Positions 15,828 to 23,417 of a stretch of DNA of 24,000 nucleotides are shown here, piece after piece. Location of the stretch: contig JAFLSN010000001.1 in the NCBI GenBank assembly GCA_022510905.1, positions 181,001-205,000 on the forward strand, given 5' to 3'. Position numbers and translations under genes: made by a program. Under the pieces are notes generated by a model. The model saw only the letters and a program-made list of their open reading frames with translations. It did no database searches and was not told the origin of the DNA. This stretch comes from Treponema sp. Lineage in GTDB: Bacteria; Spirochaetota; Spirochaetia; Treponematales; Treponemataceae. Position 1 is the first letter of the stretch. Every line of letters starts with the position of its first letter.

Positions 15828-17441
15828 TTATGCCATATACGGCAAGTGGACTACAAACTGCGCGCCGCCAAGTTTTGCGCTTTGCCCAACAGCAATGGTG
15901 CCTTCCGAAGCGTCAACTATAGCTTTCACAATCGAAAGACCAAGGCCTGTATGTGCATGTATGGTGCCGGCATTCGGTTCACGGCGGTTAGAATAAAAAC
16001 GGTCGAAGATTTTTTTTGACTCTTCGTATGTTATACCAGGACCGTTATCTTCAACGGTCAGCACAAGCAGATGGCGCTTTACCTGCACGGTGCGCTCAAG
16101 AGTTATGCACACCTGATCTGCAAGGCTTGCGGCATTTTCCACCAGATTGGTAAGAAGCCTGTCAAAATGATCAGGATTACACAGCGCAACAATCTGCGAA
16201 TCAGGAACAGCCACGGTAATATTTGTTTCTGGATATGCGCGGCGAATGCGTAACGCAACATTCTGAACAAATTCTGCAAGAGGAATACTCTCCATGTTTT
16301 CGGCTTCCAAAGCACTGTCAATTTTTGAAATTCCCCGCACACCCGAAAGCACCGTTTGCAAGTGCGTTACTTCATCAGTGATTGTGCGCACAAGCATTTG
16401 CCGTTCTTGTGTTGAACTCGGTTTCGTCTCAAGCAGTTCTGCGGAAGAGCGGATTGCGGCCAACGGATTTTTGAATTCATGCGAAATGTCCGCAGAGAAT
16501 GCCTGGGTATATCGAATGCGCTGGTTCAATTTTTTTATGAGCAAAGTAAATGAACGGGAAAGATCGCCGATTTCATCATGCCGATTTTGGCCGATAAATT
16601 CCGTTGAAACAATGCCACCTTTTTTATCAGCACATTCACCGGTTTGCCATGAAAGTTTTTTGAGCGGCCGACTTATTCTGAATGCCAGAAACAGCGCAAC
16701 AAAAACCACAACAAGCAACGACCATAAAAATATTCTGCCCAAATCCACGCGAAGTTCGTACAGATTCTGCAAAATACGGTATGTTGAACGCGACACAAGC
16801 ACCACGCCGATAACCTGCTCACCATTTATAACAGGCACCGCAGAATAAAGTGTAACAGAAACCTGGCCCCCAGAAGAAATACGGGTCACAGCACCATACC
16901 GGCCACGCAGTGCAGCCTGAATTTCTGCACCATCATATATCGCCTTGCCTGTGTAATAATCCGCACTTGTATAACTTGCCAACGGAGGACGCAGCTTTCG
17001 ATAAAGCCGAACAGGAATTGAAAACAGTTTGTAAACAAACGTTTCACTTGCTTTGACTGAAGTTCCGTTCTGCTGGCCACGAGCATACACACTCAGCGTT
17101 TCAGCATCTTCTTCCGCAACATGCATCCTACTTGAATCTGCAAGCAGTGCGCCACTGCCATCAAGTATGCGAATACGTGAATCAAACTGCCCCCTCATAT
17201 TCTGCAAAATACCAAGCGCATCCTGTTTTAAAACCTGTTCTTTATTTGTATACGAAAGGCCTGCCGCAAGCAACCGCGCCTGTTGCACGTTTGAATGTTC
17301 CGTAAGTGAAAGCAGTTGATTTTCATATGTTTTTAACATTAGCACTGCCGCAATAGGAATGAATGCAACAATCACCAAAAAAATTGAAATTTGTACGCTG
17401 ATAGGAAACCGAAACTGCATACCGTCATTATACCATGACAT
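15828..17441 (-). CDS. Two-component sensor histidine kinase (periplasmic sensor, HAMP, HisKA, HATPase_c)
   Basis: Track ORF 15828..17555. The longest start would overlap the divergent regulator gene, so ATG 17441 (MSWYNDGMQFRFPISVQISIFLVIV) or 17420 is more plausible; neither has a strong RBS. H-box FSADISHEFKNPLAAI, N-box LLTNLVENAAS, G1 VEDNGPGI, G2 GLGLSIVKAI. TM1 is around residues 50-72, TM2 is IFLWSLLVVVFVALFLAF, followed by HAMP. Confidence 0.9.
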   Translation of the reverse strand: MSWYNDGMQFRFPISVQISIFLVIVAFIPIAAVLMLKTYENQLLSLTEHSNVQQARLLAAGLSYTNKEQVLKQDALGILQNMRGQFDSRIRILDGSGALLADSSRMHVAEEDAETLSVYARGQQNGTSVKASETFVYKLFSIPVRLYRKLRPPLASYTSADYYTGKAIYDGAEIQAALRGRYGAVTRISSGGQVSVTLYSAVPVINGEQVIGVVLVSRSTYRILQNLYELRVDLGRIFLWSLLVVVFVALFLAFRISRPLKKLSWQTGECADKKGGIVSTEFIGQNRHDEIGDLSRSFTLLIKKLNQRIRYTQAFSADISHEFKNPLAAIRSSAELLETKPSSTQERQMLVRTITDEVTHLQTVLSGVRGISKIDSALEAENMESIPLAEFVQNVALRIRRAYPETNITVAVPDSQIVALCNPDHFDRLLTNLVENAASLADQVCITLERTVQVKRHLLVLTVEDNGPGITYEESKKIFDRFYSNRREPNAGTIHAHTGLGLSIVKAIVDASEGTIAVGQSAKLGGAQFVVHLPYMA

Positions 17442-17507
17442 GGCGCACTGCACCACAACCCGCATCTGCAAAACGCCGTGCCCCACTTCCGCATGTACAA
17501 AAAACTG

Positions 17508-17516
17508 TGATATAAT
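17508..17516 (+). promoter_or_regulatory. Extended -10 element (TGATATAAT) in the kinase/regulator divergent region
   Basis: tga tataat at 17508-17516, 58 nt upstream of ATG 17574. The position 17-18 nt upstream carries cacttccgcatg, i.e. the TTCCGCA motif also seen in the repeat family's 3' block. Confidence 0.3.
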
Positions 17517-17573
17517 TTTGCATGACCAATGTAAACCGCCCTGCATATGGTGCATGGGCCAAATAAAACTGCC

Positions 17574-18269
17574 ATGACGATTGCCGTTGTTGATGACGAA
17601 AAGAACATCCGCCTTACTTTAAAAACCGCATTGGAACGGGAAGGCTTTACCGTGCACGTTTTTCCAAACGGTGCAGAAGCTGAAAAAGAAATCGTTCATG
17701 CCAAAACACATTTTGATCTTTGCATTTTCGATATCATCATGCCATCCATGGATGGACTCACACTGCTGCGAAGACTGCGTGAACATGCAATCTTGACACC
17801 AGTGATGTTCCTTACTTCAAAAGACGAAGAATTTGACAGAGTGCTCGGTTTGGAACTTGGAGCAGACGATTACCTGTGCAAGCCGTTTTCGTTGCGAGAA
17901 CTGATTGCCCGCATCCGTGTTATTTTACGCCGATACGCCGCCAATAATCATGCAGAGCAGGAACAAACCCCGTCAGCTTTGAATATTTTAAAAAGCAACA
18001 ATGGAATTGTTCTCAATAAAATCGCATACAATGTAAATTTAAACGGAACGGCGCTTTCGTTGACTGTTACCGAATTCCGTCTGCTCGAAGCGTTTTTAAG
18101 TAATAAAAACCAAGTGCTGTCTAGGGAGCAACTGATTGCCGCCGCATATCCATACGATACATATCTAAACGACCGTGCCATCGACTGCCACATAAAACGA
18201 CTTCGCAAAAAAGTAGGAAGCACCTGCATTGAAACAGTGTATGGCTTAGGATACAAATTTGTTGAATGA
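17574..18269 (+). CDS. OmpR/PhoB-family response regulator (REC + winged-helix DNA-binding domain)
   Basis: Track ORF 17547..18269; I prefer ATG 17574 (MTIAVVDDEKNIRLTL). Canonical DD pair, acceptor context LCIFDIIMPSMDG, LTSKDEE, ELGADDYLCKPF, and a C-terminal trans_reg_C pattern LTVTEFRLLEAFLSNKNQVLSREQL...DRAIDCHIKRLRKK...IETVYGLGYKF. Confidence 0.9.
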   Translation: MTIAVVDDEKNIRLTLKTALEREGFTVHVFPNGAEAEKEIVHAKTHFDLCIFDIIMPSMDGLTLLRRLREHAILTPVMFLTSKDEEFDRVLGLELGADDYLCKPFSLRELIARIRVILRRYAANNHAEQEQTPSALNILKSNNGIVLNKIAYNVNLNGTALSLTVTEFRLLEAFLSNKNQVLSREQLIAAAYPYDTYLNDRAIDCHIKRLRKKVGSTCIETVYGLGYKFVE

Positions 18270-18307
18270 TGAATTCACATATGCAACATCAGCCGCCGCA
18301 TGTGTAT

Positions 18308-18359
18308 AAACAGTGCATGGCATATAACAAGCAATACATCCACGCGCCATGCACTGTTT
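18308..18359. terminator. 14 bp inverted repeat between convergent regulator and ackA genes (possible bidirectional terminator, large loop)
   Basis: aaacagtgcatggc (18308-18321), a 24 nt loop, gccatgcactgttt (18346-18359). The repeat ends in TTT, followed by aaaaaa on the plus strand. The loop is larger than in a textbook intrinsic terminator. Confidence 0.4.
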
Positions 18360-18375
18360 AAAAAAGGAGAACCGT

Positions 18376-19713
18376 TTATGGACGCACAATCACCTTGGCA
18401 AGGTTTGGCCGCTTCTCCAAATCAGTTTTAAGACCTTCTTCCCGTGCCTTGTTTACATAATCGGAGCTTTGGAAACTGTAAGTAAAATTGGTGTGCACAT
18501 CGTAGGTGCCTTTCATAAGCGCGTAGGCATCCTCCGTCATCACAAGTTCCTCGTCAGTAGGAATCACGAAAATCTTTGTGGCAGAATCATCCGCACTGAT
18601 ACAGGTTTCAGCGTTTGTGGTAAAACTCCATTCATTTTTTTGTGCATCGATTTTAATGCCAAAATTTTCAAGGCCAGAACATGCCTTGCTTCTGATAACG
18701 GGGCCACGTTCACCAACACCAGCCGTCCATACGATTGCATCAACACGACCCAACTCTGCTGCAAACGCACCAATGTATTTTTTAATGCGAAGTGATTCCA
18801 TCTCAATGCACAATTGCGAAAGCTTGTCACCATCCTTTGCGGCGATTTCAATATCGCGGCGGTCGGAATATTTTTCTGTGATACCGAGACAACCGCATTT
18901 CTTGTTGAGCGCACTGTCCATCTCATCGGCAGTCATACCCGTTTTGCGCATTATGTAAAACGGAAGCGCAGGGTCAAGATCCCCGCTCCGAGTGCCCATC
19001 ACCAGGCCTTCAAGCGGAGTGATTCCCATGGTGGTATCATAGCATACACCGTTTTTTACAGCGCACATGCTGGCACCGTTTCCGATGTGGCAGATAATCA
19101 CATTGGTGTCCTCGGGCTTTTTGTGTAACAGCACCGACGCACGCTTAGCCGTGTAAAGAAACGAAGTGCCGTGGAAACCATAGCGACGGGCCGCATATTT
19201 AGTATACCATTCGCGCGGAATGGCATATTGAAAAGTTTCTTCTGGCATAGTTTGATGCCAGGCGGTATCCATTATCGCGGAATGCGGAACATTAGGCATA
19301 ACTTTCTGCGCCGCTTCAATACCCATAATGTTCGCAGGCATATGGAGCGGGCCAAGGTCAATTACCTCGCGGAAACCATCAAGCACTTCTGGCGTAATGA
19401 GCACACTCTTAGTGAATTTCTCTCCACCGTGCAGCACACGATGCCCCACCGCGCTGATTTCATCCATCGATTTAATCACGCCCACCTCGGGATCTGTGAT
19501 TTCACTGATAATCAGCTCAATCGCTTCTTTGTGTGTTGGGCACGGACTTTCCAACTCGACCTTTTTTCCTTTTGCTTTGTGCGTAATGCAGCTTCCTTCA
19601 ATTCCTATTCGCTCGACAACGCCATTTGCCATAACCTCTTTGTTGTCCCAGTCATACACCTGATACTTTGCAGACGACGAGCCGCAATTCAATGTAAGGA
19701 TTACCATTGCCAT
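18376..19713 (-). CDS. ackA: Acetate kinase
   Basis: The track ORF extends to 19773. ATG 19713 ([22 protein letters not shown]) has GAGG 6 nt upstream. Classic motifs [62 protein letters not shown]. Confidence 0.95.
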   Translation of the reverse strand: MAMVILTLNCGSSSAKYQVYDWDNKEVMANGVVERIGIEGSCITHKAKGKKVELESPCPTHKEAIELIISEITDPEVGVIKSMDEISAVGHRVLHGGEKFTKSVLITPEVLDGFREVIDLGPLHMPANIMGIEAAQKVMPNVPHSAIMDTAWHQTMPEETFQYAIPREWYTKYAARRYGFHGTSFLYTAKRASVLLHKKPEDTNVIICHIGNGASMCAVKNGVCYDTTMGITPLEGLVMGTRSGDLDPALPFYIMRKTGMTADEMDSALNKKCGCLGITEKYSDRRDIEIAAKDGDKLSQLCIEMESLRIKKYIGAFAAELGRVDAIVWTAGVGERGPVIRSKACSGLENFGIKIDAQKNEWSFTTNAETCISADDSATKIFVIPTDEELVMTEDAYALMKGTYDVHTNFTYSFQSSDYVNKAREEGLKTDLEKRPNLAKVIVRP

Positions 19714-19864
19714 AAAATGCCTCTGAAAAAATGGATGAAAGTCAGGAAAAACTGATGGCACTCCACACTGCATGGTGGCGCGTCATACGGTGGTTCCAAA
19801 ATTATAAAACCAGTATACAAGAAAACCTCTTTTTTTGGAAGTAGGAGGTTAATTCCAATGCGAG

Positions 19865-19967
19865 CAGAATCAACACACCCCAACGCAGAATTCGGGTATG
19901 TTTTTTTTGGAACTTGGCAGTTGAACGGTAAAAAACATTGAAATATGTGCCCTTTCAGCACAAACCA
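19865..19967 (+). repeat. Intergenic repeat family, medium-form copy A
   Basis: cagaatcaacacaccccaacgcagaa matches copy B 24/26. gggtatgttttttttggaacttggcagttgaacggtaaaaa aligns with D gggtattattttctgaaacttggtagctgagtgataaaaa. aacattg, then a variant 3' block ccctttcagcacaaacc. Confidence 0.6.
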
Positions 19968-19986
19968 ATTTACAAGCTCCGTGTGC

Positions 19987-20015
19987 TTGACGAGTTCCAT
20001 TCACTTTACTATAGT
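19987..20015 (+). promoter_or_regulatory. Candidate sigma70-type promoter for the substrate-binding protein gene (TTGACG-17-TATAGT)
   Basis: TTGACG at 19987-19992, a 17 nt spacer, TATAGT at 20010-20015. RBS GAGGA at 20038-20042 and ATG at 20051. A second perfect TATAAT at 20029-20034 has a poor -35 and would truncate the RBS. Confidence 0.5.
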
Positions 20016-20050
20016 TTAAAAAGATTTTTATAATCAATGAGGACATAATT

Positions 20051-21001
20051 ATGAGAAAATTTGTATCTGTTTTTGCCGCAGTATCGCTGGCCGTATTGTG
20101 TGCCAGCTGTTCTGACAACAAAAAAATCAAGATTGGCATTGTGCAGCTTGTTGAGCACCCTGCGCTTGACGCTTCGTACCAAGGTTTTGTTGACGGCCTT
20201 GCTGAAGCCGGCTATATTGACAAAAAAAATATCAAGCTTGATTATCAAAACGCCCAAGGCGAACCTTCAAACTGTGTGACCATAGCACAAAAACTTGTAG
20301 CAGACCGTGATGATCTTATCCTTGCAATTGCGACTCCCGCTGCGCAGGCCGTAGCAAACTTGACCACCACCATTCCAATTGTTATCACCGCCGTGACAGA
20401 TCCGGAAACATCGCAGTTGGTAAAAAGCAACGCCAATCCACAAACAAACGTGACCGGAACTTCTGACCTTACCCCGGTTTCGGCCCAGATTGATTTGCTC
20501 AAACAGATTTTTCCAGATGCACAAAAGGTGGGGCTTTTGTATTGTTCAAGTGAAGAAAATTCCCGCTTCCAGATTAACATGGCAAAAGAAGCATGTGACC
20601 GCGTGGGACTTCAATATGTTGATGCCACAGTTTCCAATACAAACGAAGTCCAGCAGGTAGTGCAAAGTCTCGTGGGAAAAATTGACGTCCTTTATTCACC
20701 TACAGACAATATGATTGCAAGCTGCATGGCCACCGTAAGCATGGTCGCAAACGAAAATAAAATTCCCATGATTTGCGGCGAAGACGGCATGGTGCAGGGA
20801 GGAGGGCTGGCCACATATGGCATAAACTATTATGCGCTCGGCAAACAGACTGCAAAAATGGCTGTTGAAATTTTGCGCGACGGAAAGAATCCCGCAGACA
20901 TGCCCATCCAGTATGTTGAAGAATGTGTCTTTTCTTACAATAAAGACACCGCGGAGCAGCTTGGAATAACCATTCCACAGGAACTGCTTGATTCAATATA
21001 A
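20051..21001 (+). CDS. ABC transporter substrate-binding lipoprotein, COG2984/ABC_sub_bind type; no permease or ATPase gene adjacent
   Basis: 316 aa with signal peptide MRKFVSVFAAVSLAVLCASC. KIGIVQLVEHPALDASYQGFVDGLAEAGY, ILAIATPAAQAVAN, IPIVITAVTDP and NVTGTSDL are the hallmark blocks of this family as I recall them. Confidence 0.9.
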   Translation: MRKFVSVFAAVSLAVLCASCSDNKKIKIGIVQLVEHPALDASYQGFVDGLAEAGYIDKKNIKLDYQNAQGEPSNCVTIAQKLVADRDDLILAIATPAAQAVANLTTTIPIVITAVTDPETSQLVKSNANPQTNVTGTSDLTPVSAQIDLLKQIFPDAQKVGLLYCSSEENSRFQINMAKEACDRVGLQYVDATVSNTNEVQQVVQSLVGKIDVLYSPTDNMIASCMATVSMVANENKIPMICGEDGMVQGGGLATYGINYYALGKQTAKMAVEILRDGKNPADMPIQYVEECVFSYNKDTAEQLGITIPQELLDSI

Positions 21002-21009
21002 TTATTCTG

Positions 21010-21237
21010 ATTCGTGCGGAAAGAGTACATAACGTACTTCTGCGAAGCCAGCCCCCGGCTTGAAGCCTTGCTGCTACAAGTATGGGGGAGGGGCAAAATG
21101 AAGGGTATGTACCCTTGGCTGCGATACCTTATAAGACCAACACATCCGGCAAAGGCTAAAGGGTTCTTTATCACGACTCAGTTATCAAATTTCAGAAAAA
21201 TCATATCCGCCTTTTGCGTTAGGGTGTGTTGATTCTG
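21010..21237 (-). repeat. Intergenic repeat family, long-form copy B (inverted orientation, with an internal insertion of about 85 nt)
   Basis: The reverse complement reads cagaatcaacacaccctaacgcaaaaggcggatatgatttttctgaaatttgataactgagtcgtgataaagaaccctttagcctttgccggatgtgttggtcttataaggtatcgcagccaagggtacatacccttc, then [about 85 nt], then gttatgtactctttccgcacgaat. It is collinear with copy D (see that feature). The 3' block is present 1.5 times: gggtacataccctt, then atgtactctttccgcacgaat. Its 3' end lies 8 nt from the stop codon of the convergent binding-protein gene. Confidence 0.7.
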
Positions 21238-21245
21238 TTGCGTAC

Positions 21246-21280
21246 AAGCCGCCATGCAATTTTATGGCGGCTTTATTCAT
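21246..21280 (+). terminator. Rho-independent terminator-like hairpin
   Basis: aagccgccat (21246-21255), an 8 nt loop gcaatttt, atggcggctt (21264-21273), followed by tattcatttt. GC-rich 10 bp stem with a U-rich tail on the plus strand only. Confidence 0.55.
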
Positions 21281-21337
21281 TTTACCTTATTCAGCCCACC
21301 ACTTAACTTTTGAACCAACGCATGGTATGATGTGGCC

Positions 21338-21673
21338 ATGAACGCAATGCCAGCTTTTTTTGTGCAGAAAAAAAATCAGCTGATATTTGTATATGCGCTG
21401 CTTTATACCGGACTTACCGCCCAGGAAGCGGAACATGTTGCCGACCAAACAGTTGGCGATTTAGGTAGCGATTTACGTTTGGCACTGGCAGATGTGCTCT
21501 CTGATTTTTCGTTTAAGATAAACGGCGTTCTAAAGTTATTTAAGGCAATTCGTATTGTATTTATTGTGCTCGGCTGCATTGCGACAGTCGCCATACTTTT
21601 TATGCTGGTACAGATGTTGCTGAAAATTCGGACACGACGTCTCCAGGCATCGCAATTCAAAAAAAATGATTGA
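21338..21673 (+). CDS. Hypothetical small membrane protein (N-terminal signal/TM and C-terminal TM)
   Basis: Track ORF 21332 (GTG)..21673; the first ATG is at 21338. MNAMPAFFVQKKNQLIFVYALLYTGLTAQEAE..., and a C-terminal IRIVFIVLGCIATVAILFMLVQMLL followed by a basic tail. No convincing RBS and no recognisable family. Confidence 0.4.
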   Translation: MNAMPAFFVQKKNQLIFVYALLYTGLTAQEAEHVADQTVGDLGSDLRLALADVLSDFSFKINGVLKLFKAIRIVFIVLGCIATVAILFMLVQMLLKIRTRRLQASQFKKND

Positions 21674-22049
21674 GCGTGCAAGAGTCGTTTGCGCTACAGT
21701 CAATAATAAAAAAATCTGAAGTCGTGCTTCAAAATACAGAATCGTTTCAGTAATTGTGAAAGCCGGCCATAGTTTGCAAAAAATTGACAACAAACTGATA
21801 TGCGATCAAAGCCAAAAACAATTCCAGATAAATTGGCAAAGCGATATTCAGAATTGCAAATGAACTCTACCCAGCATGAACCTGCCAGCGGTTTACATCA
21901 AAGTTTTGTGGCTTTGCAGTTCTGCCTACATTAGCTGGAAACAATCTGTTTGACTTTTCATGCAAGCGGCATTTTTAAAAGAAATGCTGCACGCCCGCGC
22001 TGTTCCTGGCCAGCATTCGGCTTTCAAAAATTTTATCCAGCTTCTTTCT

Positions 22050-22123
22050 CAAAATCAACACATCCCAACGCAAAATCAAGACTTTATTTCATGAAACGGA
22101 GTATGTACTTTTCCGCACAAACC
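22050..22123 (+). repeat. Intergenic repeat family, short-form copy C (5' block joined almost directly to 3' block)
   Basis: aatcaacacatcccaacgcaaaa matches copy B 21/23. After about 25 nt comes ggagtatgtacttttccgcacaaacc, which aligns with the 3' blocks of D (agagtacatcccctttccgcacgaat) and B (gttatgtactctttccgcacgaat). Confidence 0.5.
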
Positions 22124-22231
22124 AAACATTAGATTTGCTTTTTCAAGTTGATTTTGGACTGGCGCCCGTCTGCTGTACTATCGGTTCATACCCCTTTGCA
22201 TTCTGTGCGTTTTGTTTTATAATCGTAACAG

Positions 22232-23404
22232 GTGTTTTGCGGCAGGAGAGGAAACCGCGCAAGCACTCTGGGCAAGTGCGGCAGTTCCGTGCTACTCAAA
22301 TTCAAAACCAGACAGGTGCAATACGCAGAGGGTGCTGTGTACACACGACCAATAACGGAACTTCCCAAAGCGCTTGTCAAAGACGGCAAACCCGTGTTTG
22401 GCACTTTTGCGGGACATCCGATGCGGCTGGATATTCGGGGGGTAAAAAATCCCCTTGGGCCCATGCCGCTTCCAACATTTATCACAAACCTACGCATAAA
22501 AAGCAGGCTGAGTTTTTTTTTCAGTCTTGATGAGTACATCGGGTGCATAGATTTTTTTGATGCGAAAATTTTTGGTTTTGCGGAAGTGAATTTTTGGCAC
22601 ACAGGAACCAAGCAAAGATTTACCTACCGTTCCGTGATGGGACCCAGAAAACGCTTTGTGCCCCATAAGCTGAATGCAGCCGCCACTTCCAGTTTAAAAA
22701 AAAGCCGCTACATCAGAATCAGCTGGGATCGTGACCACGACCGTCTTTCTGTAATTTTTAATCTTGCCGGCAATAGGGTGCGCCCTTCTGCCAATGCAGC
22801 CATGATTGCACATTTTTCAGACAATTCCTGTGCAGAACTAACCTCCGTTATTCCTTCGCCAACTTCACGGAGGTGCAGCGCATGCACTGTTGTTGCCCTG
22901 CCAGTGCACGGTGCGATCACATTGGTGCCACACCACGAACATCCCAAAACAATGAAAGACACTGAAGGCTTTGCCTTTTTAGACATAAACCGCACCTACA
23001 TGCGTTTCCGTACCCACGGAGAATTTGTAACTGCATTTGGCATGGTAGGGCAAAAACAGGTGTGGTTCCGTATAGCGGCCAGTTCCCAAGATGCCGTTGA
23101 CACAGAATCATACAACAGCAACGTGCTGTTTTTTGAAGGCACCACTACACCACTGCCACCGGTAGTCATAACCCATCCGTACGGCATTATGAACAAGTGG
23201 ATTATTCAAGACACGGAAAACATGATTGACCTTACCTTTACGCCACTTTCAGAAAGTCTGCACAAGCTGAGCATTTTTGTATTGCGTACCCAATACCACA
23301 CTATCTACGGAACTTTTGAAGGAACACTGCTAACCGCTGACGGTGAAAAAATCAGTTTTAAAGCGCTGCCAGGACTTACCAAAAAATATCTCATCAGATT
23401 GTAG
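22232..23404 (+). CDS. DUF2804-like protein (assignment tentative); start codon uncertain
   Basis: 390 aa ORF beginning at GTG 22232. An alternative GTG lies at 22289, and the first ATG is only at residue 64. No clear RBS apart from AGGAGAGG at 22243-22250, which is inside the ORF. Size and pattern (LVKDGKPVFGTFAGHP..., WHTGTKQRFTYRSV, FLDINRTYMRFRTHGEF, YHTIYGTFEGTL) fit my recollection of DUF2804 beta-rich proteins, but I cannot verify this. Confidence 0.75.
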   Translation: MFCGRRGNRASTLGKCGSSVLLKFKTRQVQYAEGAVYTRPITELPKALVKDGKPVFGTFAGHPMRLDIRGVKNPLGPMPLPTFITNLRIKSRLSFFFSLDEYIGCIDFFDAKIFGFAEVNFWHTGTKQRFTYRSVMGPRKRFVPHKLNAAATSSLKKSRYIRISWDRDHDRLSVIFNLAGNRVRPSANAAMIAHFSDNSCAELTSVIPSPTSRRCSACTVVALPVHGAITLVPHHEHPKTMKDTEGFAFLDINRTYMRFRTHGEFVTAFGMVGQKQVWFRIAASSQDAVDTESYNSNVLFFEGTTTPLPPVVITHPYGIMNKWIIQDTENMIDLTFTPLSESLHKLSIFVLRTQYHTIYGTFEGTLLTADGEKISFKALPGLTKKYLIRL

Positions 23405-23417
23405 GGGGAATATTATA

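Noticed and set aside
17442-17573. Apparent overlap of the kinase (to 17555) and regulator (from 17547) ORFs
   Set aside because: This is an artefact of longest-ORF calling. Internal starts (17441/17420 and 17574) give normal N-termini and leave a divergent promoter region of about 130 nt.
20029-20034. Perfect TATAAT upstream of the binding-protein gene as the main -10
   Set aside because: Its -35 (TTACTA) is poor, and the resulting TSS would fall within or after the RBS at 20038-20042. The TTGACG-17-TATAGT promoter upstream fits better.
21014-21232. 72 aa plus-strand ORF (and the 79 aa minus-strand ORF 20935..21174) in the gap after the binding-protein gene
   Set aside because: The region is a copy of the non-coding repeat family. 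The other copies have no conserved reading frame because of indels not divisible by three.
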